A DNA stretch of 248,000 nucleotides from Rhodosorus marinus CCMP1338 (GCA_029953675.1 JAMWBK010000001.1:1260001-1508000), one strand, 5' to 3'; positions 127,351 through 140,659 are shown, counted from the first letter of the stretch. Program-made: numbers and translations. The notes: generated by a model from the sequence alone, not told the origin.

Positions 127351-130300
127351 ATGGGGAGTGGAGTGTTGCTCTTATTGGTTGTGGCTTCGCTGGCTTGCAA
127401 GCAGGCAGTAGTCGGAGCAGCGCTGACGAGGGTAGATTTTAGGGATCTTCCTGTCGCGGAGGATATTCCTGGACTTCCGACCGACTTTGACTTTTTGCCT
127501 CATGGTCAGACGGACCGGATTTTGGTGTCGGGGTACAGAGGCCTGGTGCAGGTTGTCTTGAAGGGGGTGGTCCAGAAAAAGCTGTTTCTGGACAATACAG
127601 TTCCCCAGGAGGTTCGGGACAAATTCACTGGGCACTCCAAGCTCCTCGATAGAGGCCTTGCACACGAGTATCGAGCAGTCGCGATAGATGCGGACTTTGA
127701 TCATAATCCGTACGTGTACTTTTCGTACGTACTCTACCCGGAAAGGGTAGAAGGAATTGCTCCCCAGGGATTTGTCAGTCGATATCGCGTGAGCGATGAC
127801 CTCACAGAGGCCGTCATCAGCTCAGAGACTGTCATTCTGGGAAGCTACGTGAATGGAGATTGCAGAAACGTAACCTCGAGTGAGGACAATATTTGCATAA
127901 CGCGTGGGGCACATACCATGGGCGGGTTATTCACAGATCCCGAGGGCAACGTGTGGATATCAATAGGAGACTCTGCTTTTGCCGCCGATTATGACCGACC
128001 GAACGCGATGAGATGCCAGGACATTGACTCCCTGTACGGGAAAGTCTTGAGGGTAGACCGGAACGGGAAGGGTCTGCCAGGCAACCCATATTACAACGGC
128101 GATCGGGAGGCGAACCGGTCAAAAGTGATTTCTTCGGGTCTACGCAACCCATGGAACATTCACTGGGACGCCGAGCTCAGCACCGCCTGGCTGGCTGATA
128201 CTGGCGAGTCAACGCTTGAGGAGTTCAACCTGGTTGAATTTGGGGGGAATTACGAGTGGCCTTGCAAGGAGTCCTATCTCGATCGCTTTCAGTTTGGCGT
128301 CTTCCCTGAATGTGCGGACATCCTCGGTGCCGTTCCACCATCGTCCAGACCCGCATATACAGGTAGAAGAGTCAGCGCAGCATTCAGCTACCACCACACG
128401 GAGGGTACTGCTGTGACGGCAGCCCTGAAGGTGAACATCGCGGACTGGCCAGAAGAATTCCAGAACGGTGTGTACTTCAGCGACTATACTGGAAACTGGA
128501 TAAAGTACGTTAAGATAGATCGCACAGGCAAGGTAGTCTCCGAGGCTTTCGACTTTGCCTCCGAGGTACCGGGCCCGGTCAATATCAGAATCGGTAGCAA
128601 TGCGTGTTTGTACTACTTGGCGCTTACTGCGAGTCAGCTGGGTCGGATCTGTTACCACGAGAATAATTCACCTCCGGTCGTCACTGGTCTAGTCCCTCCG
128701 AACGGCTTCAAGGATGCGGCTCGGTCGACCTTGATCGAGGTCGCGGTAAGCAAGAAGGTCACACCTGTATCCGCATGGGTGGCCATTACCGTGGAAGAGA
128801 CGGTATCGGGCAATGTCGTCGCCGGATCTGTGGAGCAGGATGATTTGAGGAATGTGCTTACTTTCGTACCGAACGCGATGCTGAAGGGGGCCACGAGGTA
128901 TACCGTGACCGTTTCTGGGCTTGTGGATTTCAAAGGAAAGCGCATGGTGGGGTCGGAGAGAAGCATATTCAAGACGGGCGAAGGTTTCCTCCAATACGTC
129001 TCCGACCTTCCGTTGGATGTAGAGCCACGTTTGGAAAGGGTTGCCCTGGACACAGCGTATGATCTAGTGACGCCCATCAAGATACGCGGGCGGCGTTTCA
129101 GGAAGGGCCTGAGCTTCACCCCATCGGTTCTGATAGATGTCAAAGTTCCCGAGGGATGTACGTCGGTGGATGGTTACTATGGGATGGAGGATCTTGCCTT
129201 TAGGATTACACGCGGCGCTATTATCTTTACGATCTTTGCGGACGGTACCCTTGTCTACGATTCAACCGTGGATGGTCTCAGAATTCCAAGTAGAAAGATC
129301 GACCCCGAGTACTTCTTTCGGTTGGACGTCAAGAGTGGAAGTACACTGACGTTTAGAGGCGACAAAGGAGACCCGGAAGGACCACTTAACAAGGATAATC
129401 GTGCGGTGTGGGCCGACCTTAGGTTCCGCTGCGGTGATTTAGATGCGACGTCTCCGAGGGTAGAGTCGTTTGAGCCGCACGAGGGCGAGATTACATCGAT
129501 CGACACCATGATTCGCATCACGTTCGACGAGGTCATGAACTTCAACACAATCATTCAGGCTGTAAGCATCAAATCAGCTGCTGGTCGTCGCATCCCCTGG
129601 CTTGCGATTGAACAGAGCAACCCTCAGCTATTCGTGCTCGCGGTAGAGGACCTGGAGTTCGACACAAGGTACGTGGTGAGCATATCTAAAGTAGCTACGG
129701 ACGTTTCCAGGAACCCGTTGGAAGCGGAAGTGGTGTGGTCATTTACGACGGAGTCACCGGCAGCCAGTGGCGAGATTCTCCGATTCGTGCGAGATTTGAT
129801 ACCCCACCGCTCAACAGGTGGCGTATCCTCCGACGGATTTCCGAGAAGTTTCAGTCCTGGAGTTCAAGTATACGACAAAGGTCTTGGTATGCGCGCAAAC
129901 TCCATGGTAAGCTACGACCTGAGCGGTCTAGGTTGTACTCGCTTCAGGGGGCGCACGGGTAGAGACGCGGCCGCGGGAGGCGATGCCGGTAGCTGCCGGC
130001 TTCAAATTTTCAGTGGTCCGAGCGCAAAAACGTCCACAAGGCGTGTGGACAGGTACCACCGAGCAGCTGAGCCTTCCGTTGCACTGGATTTTGACTTGCA
130101 AGGGGATAAGTACCTCGCGTTTAAGGTTTCTGCAGGTGGGGATGGCGGCAGAGCCAGAGACTTTTGTGACATCGCTGGAACGAGGTTGAAATGTGACAAG
130201 GGCAACATTAGAGTTGCAGATCTACCCGCGTTGGCTAGACAGGGAGTTATTGAGCGGAACAGAAGTGCTGCACGACTACCACTTCAGCTGTTTCGCTATT

Positions 130301-131142
130301 CGATGGCGTTTGACTCTGGTATCTCGATCCCCGCCGGTGCAGAGGTGACGTACAAGATTCCGGGAAGATGTTCGAGAGTCAGTTTCAGAGTGGGAGCAGG
130401 GGGTGGAGCGACCTTTGGAGACACTAAACTGGTGACCTTGGTCGATGGAGAGCCAGCTTGTACGGAGCAGAATTTTATCCACCGCGATGGAGCGAAAGTA
130501 TTCTCGTGCAGCGTGAATGGGGGGAAGGAACTAAAACTGTTGTCCGTCAAGGGAGCTACAAAGGGTGCGATCATAGTGGGAGAGGGAGAGTTGGACTGTG
130601 CAATTGGAACTCGGAAACCTGTTTGTGATATATCGACGCTCCCCAGCAGCTTTCGGGTCGGACACATCATTGACTTTGCGGGACAGGGCTATCGCTTCAA
130701 CGGAGAGAAACTACCTGCGAGCGCTGTCAACTGGGATGTCACTCTTGTTCACTGTCAGCCGGAGTGTCACGATCATCCAGAAGCCAGATTTGAGGGCAGG
130801 AAGAACGGGAGTTACAGGGTGCCAGACCACGGTGACTACTTCTTTATCAAGATCGACTGCACGGTGCAGGACAGGGGGGAAATATCCAAAACGTCAGCAA
130901 ATGTTCTCCCAGAAACCGCTGTGATAACGGTGGAATCTGTGCCAACCGGGAAGATAGCTGCCATCGGCGACACCCCGGGGCGGACGCCACTTTCCAAGAC
131001 GGTGGTCGTGGGCTCGAGGACCACCGTAGACATCGACCCCGTCGCATTCGGATTATGGGATCATGACAATAGCCTGGTTCCGACGTTTAATCATAAGCTC
131101 GAGGACGGACGTCCAGTCTTCTTTGTCGCCAGGTTCGATTGA
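127351..131142 (+). CDS. Secreted multidomain GSDH/NPCBM protein, copy 5
   Basis: Same architecture; HTMGG, GLRNPW, LVHCQPECHDHP. Confidence 0.8.
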   Translation: MGSGVLLLLVVASLACKQAVVGAALTRVDFRDLPVAEDIPGLPTDFDFLPHGQTDRILVSGYRGLVQVVLKGVVQKKLFLDNTVPQEVRDKFTGHSKLLDRGLAHEYRAVAIDADFDHNPYVYFSYVLYPERVEGIAPQGFVSRYRVSDDLTEAVISSETVILGSYVNGDCRNVTSSEDNICITRGAHTMGGLFTDPEGNVWISIGDSAFAADYDRPNAMRCQDIDSLYGKVLRVDRNGKGLPGNPYYNGDREANRSKVISSGLRNPWNIHWDAELSTAWLADTGESTLEEFNLVEFGGNYEWPCKESYLDRFQFGVFPECADILGAVPPSSRPAYTGRRVSAAFSYHHTEGTAVTAALKVNIADWPEEFQNGVYFSDYTGNWIKYVKIDRTGKVVSEAFDFASEVPGPVNIRIGSNACLYYLALTASQLGRICYHENNSPPVVTGLVPPNGFKDAARSTLIEVAVSKKVTPVSAWVAITVEETVSGNVVAGSVEQDDLRNVLTFVPNAMLKGATRYTVTVSGLVDFKGKRMVGSERSIFKTGEGFLQYVSDLPLDVEPRLERVALDTAYDLVTPIKIRGRRFRKGLSFTPSVLIDVKVPEGCTSVDGYYGMEDLAFRITRGAIIFTIFADGTLVYDSTVDGLRIPSRKIDPEYFFRLDVKSGSTLTFRGDKGDPEGPLNKDNRAVWADLRFRCGDLDATSPRVESFEPHEGEITSIDTMIRITFDEVMNFNTIIQAVSIKSAAGRRIPWLAIEQSNPQLFVLAVEDLEFDTRYVVSISKVATDVSRNPLEAEVVWSFTTESPAASGEILRFVRDLIPHRSTGGVSSDGFPRSFSPGVQVYDKGLGMRANSMVSYDLSGLGCTRFRGRTGRDAAAGGDAGSCRLQIFSGPSAKTSTRRVDRYHRAAEPSVALDFDLQGDKYLAFKVSAGGDGGRARDFCDIAGTRLKCDKGNIRVADLPALARQGVIERNRSAARLPLQLFRYSMAFDSGISIPAGAEVTYKIPGRCSRVSFRVGAGGGATFGDTKLVTLVDGEPACTEQNFIHRDGAKVFSCSVNGGKELKLLSVKGATKGAIIVGEGELDCAIGTRKPVCDISTLPSSFRVGHIIDFAGQGYRFNGEKLPASAVNWDVTLVHCQPECHDHPEARFEGRKNGSYRVPDHGDYFFIKIDCTVQDRGEISKTSANVLPETAVITVESVPTGKIAAIGDTPGRTPLSKTVVVGSRTTVDIDPVAFGLWDHDNSLVPTFNHKLEDGRPVFFVARFD

Positions 131143-131509
131143 AATGCAGAGTAGGCTGGGAACTCATAAGCTATAGAACAATTGATTTCTTATTTAAAAA
131201 CCGAATTCATGTTTAGGATAGATGATTGAATATCTACTAGTGTAAGCAATACAGAGTTTAAACTTCATAGAGATTTATTGGATAATAAAATGAAATTGAT
131301 TAGATTGTGACAACTAAAGCCTATAATAAGTGTTTGGATTGGATAAACGAATCGGATAACAAGGATTTGGATTGGATAAAAGCTGCTTAAGTATTCAATA
131401 ATGCACAAATAAATAAGACGAATTTGAATTGATTGGATTATGTGGAAAATCACTGCCCTTCTGACATCGGTACGTGGTTGGTAGTTGCCATTTATTACCG
131501 CTATTACTG

Positions 131510-132830
131510 AAACCTTTACCCGTCGCGGACTTTCAAAATGATGAACGCCGTGTAGCCGACCTGGTGATCACCTGTGACGACAGCCGCCGTACCACATACG
131601 TTGATCTTGCTGTTCCTAACCCTCAAGCTAGTCGTTATCTCCCGGCTGCGGGGGAGCGCCGTGGCTCTGCCGCCGCCAGCATGAGACGCCGCAAAGAGAT
131701 CAAATACGCAGGGGCTTTGTCTTCCCCTGGTGTTCGTGCTTCGGCACTAGCACATCGCTTGGTACCCCTGATCATTGAGTGCTTTGGGTTCATGGACTCT
131801 GTTGGTTCTCGCTGGCTTCGGGAGTTGTTCCGCGAACGCCCTGACCGTCTTCAATCGTTGTTTACCCGCTTAAGTTTCCTGCTGTGGCGCATGAACGCCG
131901 CTTTGATGTTGGAGGCGCGAGTACTTCGCCGCGCTTAGTCTTTTTTTCCCCTCGGGGTTTTTTTTTTCAGCCTCCGATTAAACCATTCGCTCGTATTATT
132001 GGTAAATGCCAAAACAAGTTCGCATTTACCAAACCGCATTTCGACGGTTTTTGCGCTAACTTCTCTGAGCCAAGATACCGCGGATTTCGGGGCCCACGTG
132101 CTCGCCAACTGCCCCGCTGTGAAAGGTGTCCGAACCCTACGACATACGCGGATCTTGAACCTGTTGTACCGCTGAGGAGCACCTGCCGTCGCAGCCTACC
132201 AAATGATGAACGCGGCATGGCTGCTCACCTCGTGGTCACCTGTGACGATAGCCGCCGTACGACGTGCGTTGATCTTGCTACTAATCCTCGGGCTAGTTGT
132301 TATGTGCCGGCTGCGGGAGAGAGCCGTGGAATTGCCGCTGCTCTGAGACGTCGCAAGGAGTTGAAATATGCGGGGGCTTTGTCTTCCCCAGGCATTGGTG
132401 CTTCGGCTCTAGCTCATCGCCTGGTACATCTGGTCATTGAGTGCTTTGGGTTTATGGGATCCGTTGGTTCTCGTTGGCTTCGGGAATTCTTCCGCGAACG
132501 CCCTGACCATCTCTCGTCGTTGTTTTTTTTTGTACCCGTTCAAGTTTCTTGGCTGTGGCGCGAGGGGGAAAAATACCACTCGCGGCGAAGATCGCGCGGC
132601 TCCAACATCAGAGCAGGCGTTCACACACCACAGCACGAAACTGGCTTTATTAGCACGAGACTTAAGACCCGTAAACGACGAGGGGAGACGGTCAGGGCGT
132701 TCGCGGAACAACTCACAAAGCCAACGGGAACCAGCGGAATCCATAAAGCAAAAAAAAATCTCAATGACCAGAAGTAGCAGGCGATGAGCTAAAGCCGAAG
132801 CGCGAATGCCTGGGGAATATGAAGCCCCGC
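131510..132830. mobile_element. Family B 3' fragments (one young, two old)
   Basis: RLE C-termini. Confidence 0.8.
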
Positions 132831-133660
132831 ATGTTCTATTTTACTTCTTCGGCGGGGGCACGCCGTGGTCCCAAGCGGTGGTCCCAAGGGGGGCCCGTCT
132901 TGGCCTGGAGCTGTCGCCCACCTGAGGGCTGCCCCAGGACGGAAAGGTCCGCTCCCGCTGAGGGAACATTCGAAGGATTAGGCAGCTCTGTACCCCTCTC
133001 CGAAGAGGCCCCAGCCGCGGAACCGCCTTTGTCACCTCCAGATCCCGGAGCTGCCCTCGCCTGTACCGGGACAGGTTGTTGATTGACCTGGGGAAGTTGA
133101 CTGTCTTCCGCCAACTTGGCCACCCGGCTGGAATTTAAATTCTGACCCGAATTTGAATTTTCCTTCGCCAGGAGACCCGATTCCAGCCCCCTTAGCTTCT
133201 GGGTGAGCTGAGGCTATGACACCTCGATCGCCCGCGGCCGTAATCAGGCTTGTTACAGCAGAGAGCAGGACACGCACTTGCGTACCAGAGGCGCCCTGTA
133301 ACTCCACCTGCGTGGAGAAAGGGCCCGCACGAAGAGACACTCTGTGTCCACCTTCAGTAGACACCTCCGCCGGCGGGGTCTCCGGACCCTCAGGAGTGGA
133401 GCGCGGAGGGACCCCGGCCATCACGGAAGAGCGTGTTGAAGAGGAGTTTCACGAAGGAACTCGACCAAAAAAACCCGCACAACCAGCACCTCAGACAGAA
133501 AGCTCCGGATCGAACACACTCAAAGGGGGAGAATCCCCGAGAACCAACCACGAAACCCGAAAAAGCAGCGAGAGGATGCGCCTGCAACGATGAACACTCT
133601 CGGACCCGAACACGACTCCAATCGCAACCGAAGACCAACTCAAACCCCCCCCCTACTACT
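132830..133660 (-). mobile_element. 5' UTR and ORF1 start of a family A-related subfamily (A2)
   Basis: MAGVPP..FSTQVELQGASGTQVRVLLSAVTSLITAAGDRG; similar sequence at 239850-240130 and 246890-248000. Confidence 0.7.
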
Positions 133661-134944
133661 AGCCGTACAATAGGTCAAAGTTAGGCGATATTATAGAAGC
133701 ACGCTGGCCGAGGTGCGCCACGGCCGCCTGAGCTTGCACACTTTTCTCCCTAATTCCTAGTTCGCCTAGTTCCCTTTTACACCCTGTGTAGTGCCTCAGC
133801 TTTTTTTTTATTAGGTAGCCCGCACCACCAGACTTGCTGACTTCTAGGATTACTTCTTAGACACTTCCAGTCTCTGAGATTTTGGAATTGGGGAATTCGT
133901 TCATGCAGAAGACGCAGGGTTGCAAAAACCTTAGTCCTACCCGAACTTGGTCCTGATTACTGTACTAGCCGAAGAAGTATGAATCACTGGCATCGCTTAC
134001 AACGGCTGTTTTTGTCCTAGTAGCGAAGTACGTCAGCAATAAAACCACCTCATGACCTGGCAACCTGTCATTCCTCCTTCATAGGTTGTATTACGTCCTG
134101 CGTAGCGTCCAGCCTGGAGCCTGGGCAGGAGGTTTGGGTATTGTCTGAGCGTGTCAATAGTGTTAGTGGTGTGTGTTTAGTAGCTGCAAAATAAAGGCTA
134201 CAGCGAGCAGGCGGGGGATGGGGGATGGGGGGTTAACTATCGCTGGAGGCAGTGGCGGGGAAACTTTTCACGACAAAAACCCCGAAAAAGACAGCACACT
134301 CCCTAACAACAACATCAAAAAACTCCCATTAATAACCCCAGTATAAAGAATCAAAGCCGGAGAGCAAGCAACACCTGGGGCTTACATGCCCTTCTCCCTA
134401 GTCCCCATAGTTTCCTTTTACGTTTTGCGTAGCGCTCAGGCTATGTTGGCAAAACCACCACAGGTGGCTAACCGGGAAAACGGGGGAAAAGGCAACTAAA
134501 GTAGAGCTTCCAATCGAGAAACACAACGGCGGCCCAAAAACAACCCGAATCCAAAGACACGTAACAGCCGAGATCACGGCCAACAAACATTCGGGCTTGC
134601 CGCGTTCATAATCATACTTTGTTCAGAGACAACAACCCACAAGGTAAGAAGCCTACGGGAAACCAAGAGAACGGAACAACATCTGACCGAAGAGTAGCGG
134701 AAGCGGCAATGTTTTTTAGAATGTCGCGCACATCAAATTCACCAAAAGGATCATCCGCACGCTCGGCCCGGTAGATTCGGTTCCGTAATCCATCCGGTCT
134801 ACGGGGGTTTTGCGTCGTCGTCTCCTTTTCAGAAGTAGATTCTTTCCTCTTCAGGTCCCATTTTTTAAATTCATCTGCAGGAGACAGCCAAGAGAATGGC
134901 CTCCATCTAACGAATGAATCTATAGTCCGTAAAGACTGTGTTTT

Positions 134945-135931
134945 TTATTGTCCAAGGGCCATGTTTTTCAGAATGTCGTCTATATCAAAAGTACCTTTAG
135001 CCTGATTCACGCCCTCGCCCCCGTAGATTCGGTCTTGAAGTCCATCGGCAATGGATTCTGCGAAGTCGTCTCCTTTTCCGAAGTAGATTTTTTCCTCCTC
135101 AGGTCCCATTTGAACTTCGTCATTTCCTCCCTTCAGGAATAAAGTACTACCATCCCCCCCATAATACTCATTGTTAATTATTTCTGTGCCCTCGGACCCG
135201 ATCACGACGTCATAGCCTTTGAAAAGACCAAGGTAGGCGTCATTAACTTCATCTTCAGAAACGATAAACAAGTCGTTGCTATTCGTTCCATTCCAAATGT
135301 CCAATGCGCAGCCAGGAACACAGTCCTTATTTGCTTCATTGATCAGATTCGGACAGCCAATAGAGTACGGACATCCCTCATCAGAGCTACATGCGTCGTC
135401 CTTAATTGTAACTTTCGTATCAACGCCCGCAACCTCGACGATCGCCTCAAACACTAGACACTGCTCCGTCTCACAGCACGTTGATGCTGCTGGAATTTCG
135501 TCAAAGCAGATTCTAATCGCCCCCATTTTCTTCCCAGGGGTCAGCTTGGTGGCGTTCCTCCTCCTCTGAAATTTATCCTTGACTTCTGTTGGGATGCTGC
135601 TGCAATCCGGATGGATACCTACCCTCAGTTCCTTGATCATTGCTGGGTCAACGTGCCTTAACGATAATCTCAAGCAACCCGTCGGAGCCTTGTCTTTGGG
135701 GTTCTCATTTCGTACGCACAGCTTGGGAGTTTTCCCGTTCAGCTGGTCAAGTGTCAGCTCCTTGCAGTAGGATTCACCCCAGAGAACTCTCCTTTCAATC
135801 TCGATAATACGTCCCTCTCCGTCAACTACCTCTGGGTCAGGGAGATCAAAACTTGCACACGTATTACCCAACGCATCTCCCCACACGAGACACAAAGTGC
135901 CTGCTAAAGCCACCACCAACGCCAACTTCAT
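134945..135931 (-). CDS. Secreted Cys-rich + RTX-like repeat protein (divergent)
   Basis: Signal peptide; TCASFDLP..WGESYCK..VGIHPDC..IPAASTCC; GGDG, KGGND, GKGDD, GGEGVN. Confidence 0.78.
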   Translation of the reverse strand: MKLALVVALAGTLCLVWGDALGNTCASFDLPDPEVVDGEGRIIEIERRVLWGESYCKELTLDQLNGKTPKLCVRNENPKDKAPTGCLRLSLRHVDPAMIKELRVGIHPDCSSIPTEVKDKFQRRRNATKLTPGKKMGAIRICFDEIPAASTCCETEQCLVFEAIVEVAGVDTKVTIKDDACSSDEGCPYSIGCPNLINEANKDCVPGCALDIWNGTNSNDLFIVSEDEVNDAYLGLFKGYDVVIGSEGTEIINNEYYGGDGSTLFLKGGNDEVQMGPEEEKIYFGKGDDFAESIADGLQDRIYGGEGVNQAKGTFDIDDILKNMALGQ

Positions 135932-136598
135932 CGCTTCCAATCTAGCCAGCCATCTACACACTCCCATACCCCACCAATACAATGTCTCACCTTCTGAACA
136001 GCGGATGCGTCGACAACGATGGTGCTACATATATTATGATGTTGGCTAACTGGATTTCGTTGACCTCGGCTTTGATATTTCGGCACGAGGTCCTCGCCTT
136101 GAGTAGTCGATGGGGAGAAGAGCATAAAATTGGGTTTTGATGTTGGAGGCGCAGGATCTTCTTCGCCTTACACTAGCCAATTTCCCGTTGTGCTAAGACA
136201 ATCTGGGGGGCCTACACTTACCGTAGTCGGTTTTTGTTTGTTTTCTGAGATTTTGATAGATCGATCCCCTTCCCTCTCGACTGGCTCTACTAGCAGCCCA
136301 TTACTAAAGCTTTCACGGCAAAGTATCTTGCTCAAACCATTTTCCAATAGACCGTAACTTGAGAAGAAACTTCGATGGAGGAAAAAGCAAGTCACCGACA
136401 TGTTTATTGGACGTAGACAGGTTGGGAAAGCGGTGGGGAGCTGTTGGGAAACAAAAACAAAAAGCCGTTGGGAGGAACGGACAGTACTAGTATGGCAGTA
136501 CTAGTAGGGTTCTGCTGGAAAACGTATTGTCCACCCCGGGTTTACGTTAGTAATGTTTCGCATTTGCCCACCCTCGGTAGGATATAATTGAATGTATG

Positions 136599-136915
136599 TG
136601 TTGGAACGGTCACGCGGTCAGCGGTGAATATACGCTCTCAGCATGTAGAAGGATGATTCGCACATCGTCATACATACGGTGAGACCGATGTGCAAACGGT
136701 ATACGGTAGTAAAACCTCATAGAGGTTCAAACGTTTGAAATAGTTTGAACGGTACAAGGCATCGACTATCACCACAGTATAGTAGGTCACTTAAGTGCGA
136801 GACATCGCGACCCCAATGGTCGAACGAACGAATGGTCAGGGAAACAATAAAGAAACTATCGAAGTTTGGCTGACGGGACTTTGGTCAAGGTTGGGAAACC
136901 CCTAAAAACACAACA
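136599..136915 (+). mobile_element. Solo LTR of the 51141-54779 copia family
   Basis: TGTTGGAACGGTCACGCGG..CAACA; contains a 12-nt family B tail insert; flanked by a ~365-bp direct repeat. Confidence 0.85.
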
Positions 136916-138239
136916 GTTTTTGTTTGTTTTCTGAGATTTTGATAGATCGATCCCCTTCCCTCTCGACTGGCTCTACTAGCAGCCCATTTCTAAAGCTTTC
137001 ACGGCTACGTATCTTGCTCTAACCATTTTCCAATAGACCGTAACCTCAGAAGAAACTTCGATGGAGGAAAAAGCAAGTCACCGACATGTTTATTGGACGT
137101 AGACAGGTTGGGAAAGCGGTGGGGAGCTGTTGGGAAACAAAAACAAAAAGCCGTTGGGAGGAACGGACAGTACTAGTATGGCAGTACTAGTAGGCTTCTG
137201 CTGTAAAACGTATTGTCCACCCTGGGTTTACGTTAGTAATGTTTCGCATTTGCCCACCCTCGGCAGGATATAATTGAATGAATTTATTTAATCGGGGTTT
137301 TCGAGTGCCGTCCGCAAACGTTTCTATCGGACGCCACCAATAATTTGTTGAAGTGGATAAACTACATGTAAAACAATATAAAACAAAGGGGTGTCCGATT
137401 CTAATTCTACGCAAAAAACAGGTTCTGATGATTGCCCGTGCGATAAACATGTGCGATAAATCGTCCGATATTCAATCAACGTTAGTCTAATAATCAATCA
137501 TCTCCCGCCGAGGTATTGAATCATGATTACTTCTTGTTATGACAAGCTCTCACTGGCATATCATGAATCATGATACTTCTCGAGGTGAAATGCTGCCGGT
137601 ATCATGCAATGAATCATGATCACTTCTGAAACCGACAGGCTGTCATAGCATTGGTTGAGACAGAAAAAACCAGCTTTCGGATCCAACCGAAAAAGGTAAT
137701 CATAACCTCGCATGTAGATGGGAATCAAACCGAATTCGAGTTTGTAGACGACCATGCTGTGAAAAAGATGAAAACGATCATTGAAAAATATCGGACCGAA
137801 TCGGTCGTTATCGGACCACTTATGCGGACGAAGCCAGTTTTTATTGTATATTCAGGTCTGATAAACTCATATCGGACGGAGAGATGGCCGAACCCCAACA
137901 TCTCCTCGGCCTTTTGGCTAACATCAATTTGTTAAACAAAACTAGGTCTATGAGTGTTAAGTCCTCCGTTTTACCCCACCTTTACTCCGAACCAACCATA
138001 CTTGATGGTTTCTAGGAGTTTTCTTCTTTCAGCCCCGGATTGGACAAATTCATTCAATATGCGATTGATTACCTTTTTCGGTGGGTTCACGAAGGTGGTT
138101 TTTGCTCGCTCAACCATGCCATGACAGCCTGTCGATTTCAACAGTAATCATGAGCCATTGTTGAGAACTGGAAAGCTTCTTCCGAAATATGAAGACGTCG
138201 CTGAACTCTTTATTTCATATACCCGTCCTAGAAGAGCAT

Positions 138240-140245
138240 CTCCAGTTCCGCTCCGCCGCAATTATCTACTTAGGTTTGCCGCAAGCCGAGTGGGGTCGTC
138301 TTTCTGTCAGGGATGTGAGAGCCGGATTGACGCTTGTGGCTACCACTTCTTGGGTTCATGCGGACTGTTGCAAGGTCTCCGCACTAGGCGCCACACTCGT
138401 CTCAAGTACATCCTAAGCGAATGTTTAACTCGGGTTGGGCATACGGTTGTGGTGGAATCGGAACTACCCACATCGGTCTCGGACACGGCGCCGCCCCGCT
138501 ATATCGAAGATCTTCTTGTATCAGACCCTGCCGCCCGACGCTCAGCATATGTTGACCTCGCGATTACATGCCCTATGGCGAGCGCCCATCTCACGGCTGC
138601 CGCCCGCCGCCGAGGGGCAGCCGCTTCGGCTATTCGACGAGTGAAGGAACGACGGTGTACTGAGAGCATGGCCAGTCTGCCCTACGCCGAGGGTTGCTCC
138701 CACCGGTTCCAGCCTTTCATTGTGGAAAGCTTTGGTCATGTGAATAAGTCGGGTTTAGAGTGGTTGCGGAAATGTTTCGCTGAGCACACTACTGAGTACT
138801 TAGTGCTTTTACGGCGTTTGAGTGCCGCCCTGTGGCGATATTCTAGCAGCATGCTTGCCGAGGCGCGCCATCGGCGCCTGGGTTTGCACACTTCCCTCCC
138901 TAGTTCTTAGTTCCTTTGCACGCCTTGCGTAGCGCTCGCTGAGCATCCTACTGAGTACTTGGTGCTTTTACGGTGTTTGAGTGCCGCCCTGTGGCGATAT
139001 TCTAGCAGCATTCTTGCCGAGGCGCGCCATCGGCGCCTGGGTTTGCACGATTCCCTCCCTAGTTGTTAGTTCCTTTTCACACCTTGCGTAGCGCTTCAGG
139101 CTATGCTAGTAAAGCCCGAATTTATGATGGTCTTCAACACGCGTTCAGGAGGTGCAACGCCGTGCCGGACGCAAAGAGGTCCCGCTTTCGTTCCTGGAGG
139201 GAGCTGTTATGGGGACGAGCTGAAGCGATTGAGAATTCTCCCCTCGACCGAGTTCTTGCCGATGACGGAGAGGCTAGCCCCGGGTCACCTGTTGCAGACT
139301 ACCCGGGTTTGAGCCGATTGTGGAGCTCCCGCACTGATGTGATTCAACATAGCCTCACCTGGGGCCAACACAGTGCCGCTCACACAGTCATGCTCAATTC
139401 TCCTCTCACGCCGCCTACCACTGCCGCTCGTCTCCGCGGCATGGGAGGCCACCTCTCGCACTTGTGGTTAACCATTCTACCGTCGTCATTGAGTCATCGT
139501 CTCGATGCTTTCCAGTTCCGTTCTGCCGCACGGATCTATCTCGGTTTGCCACAGGCTCCGTGGCACTCTAATCGGCCGTCTTTCTGTCAGGGATGTGAGA
139601 GCCGGATTGACGCTTGTGGCTACCACTTCCTGGGTTCCTACGGACTGTTGAGAGGTCTCCGTACGAGGCGTCACACTCGCCTCAAGTACATCCTCAGCGA
139701 ATTTTTGACTCGGATAGGGCATACGGTTCAGGTTGAGTCGGAACTGCGCAGATCAATCTCGGACTCTGCACCGCCCCGTTGTATGGCCGATCTCCTCGTG
139801 CTGCCAGACGCTCAACATATGTGGACCTTGCGATTACCTGCCCCGTGGCCAGCGCCCACCTCACCGCAGCCGCCCGCCGCCGGGGCGCCGCGGCTTCAGC
139901 CCTTCGAAGAGTTAAGGAACGACGGTATGCTGAGAGCATGGCCAGTCTGCCTTGCGCTGAGGGTCGCTCTCACCGGTTGCAGCCATTCATAGTGGAAAGC
140001 TTTGGTCACATGGATAAGTCGGGTTTAGAGTGGTTGCGGAAATGTTTTGCTGAGCATCCTACTGAATATTTGGCGCTCTTGAGGCGTTTAAGTGTCTCCC
140101 TTTGGCGATATTCCAGCCACATGCTTTCCGAGGCGCGCCATCGGCGCCTGGGGTTGCATGCTTCCCTCCCTAGTTATCAGTTCATCTTCACGCCTTGCGT
140201 AGCGCTTCAGGCTATGCTAGTAAAGTCCAGTAAAGCCCAGTAAAG
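138240..140245 (+). mobile_element. Head-to-tail family A 3' fragments
   Basis: Three successive RLE ends with AGTAAAG(T/C)CC tails. Confidence 0.85.
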
Positions 140246-140659
140246 CCAAGAAGAGCATCTGAAGCTTGTGCAACTTCAAACAAAAAAACTGTAGGGGTTA
140301 CAAACACACCTGCCTGCTACACTTTTTCCACTTTTCACCGTTTATACAATTTATACAATTTATACAATCTATACAATCTATACAATCTGTGTACAATTCG
140401 TACAATTGTATAATTTGTATAATTTGTACAATTTTCAAGATTTTCAAGATGTTCAAGATTTCACGTTTTATTGTACAATTTGTACACTTTTCAGAAGTTT
140501 CACAACTTTCACAACTTCACAATTTCTACAATGTTTACAATGCTTAGATCGTTTACACTTTATGTGCTAGACTCGGTTTTTTATGCGTTACCTCCGCAAG
140601 TGGGAGTGCGGCACCGTAACCATTCATTCAGTAAAAAAGAAAGTTAGTCTAGAATGTGA

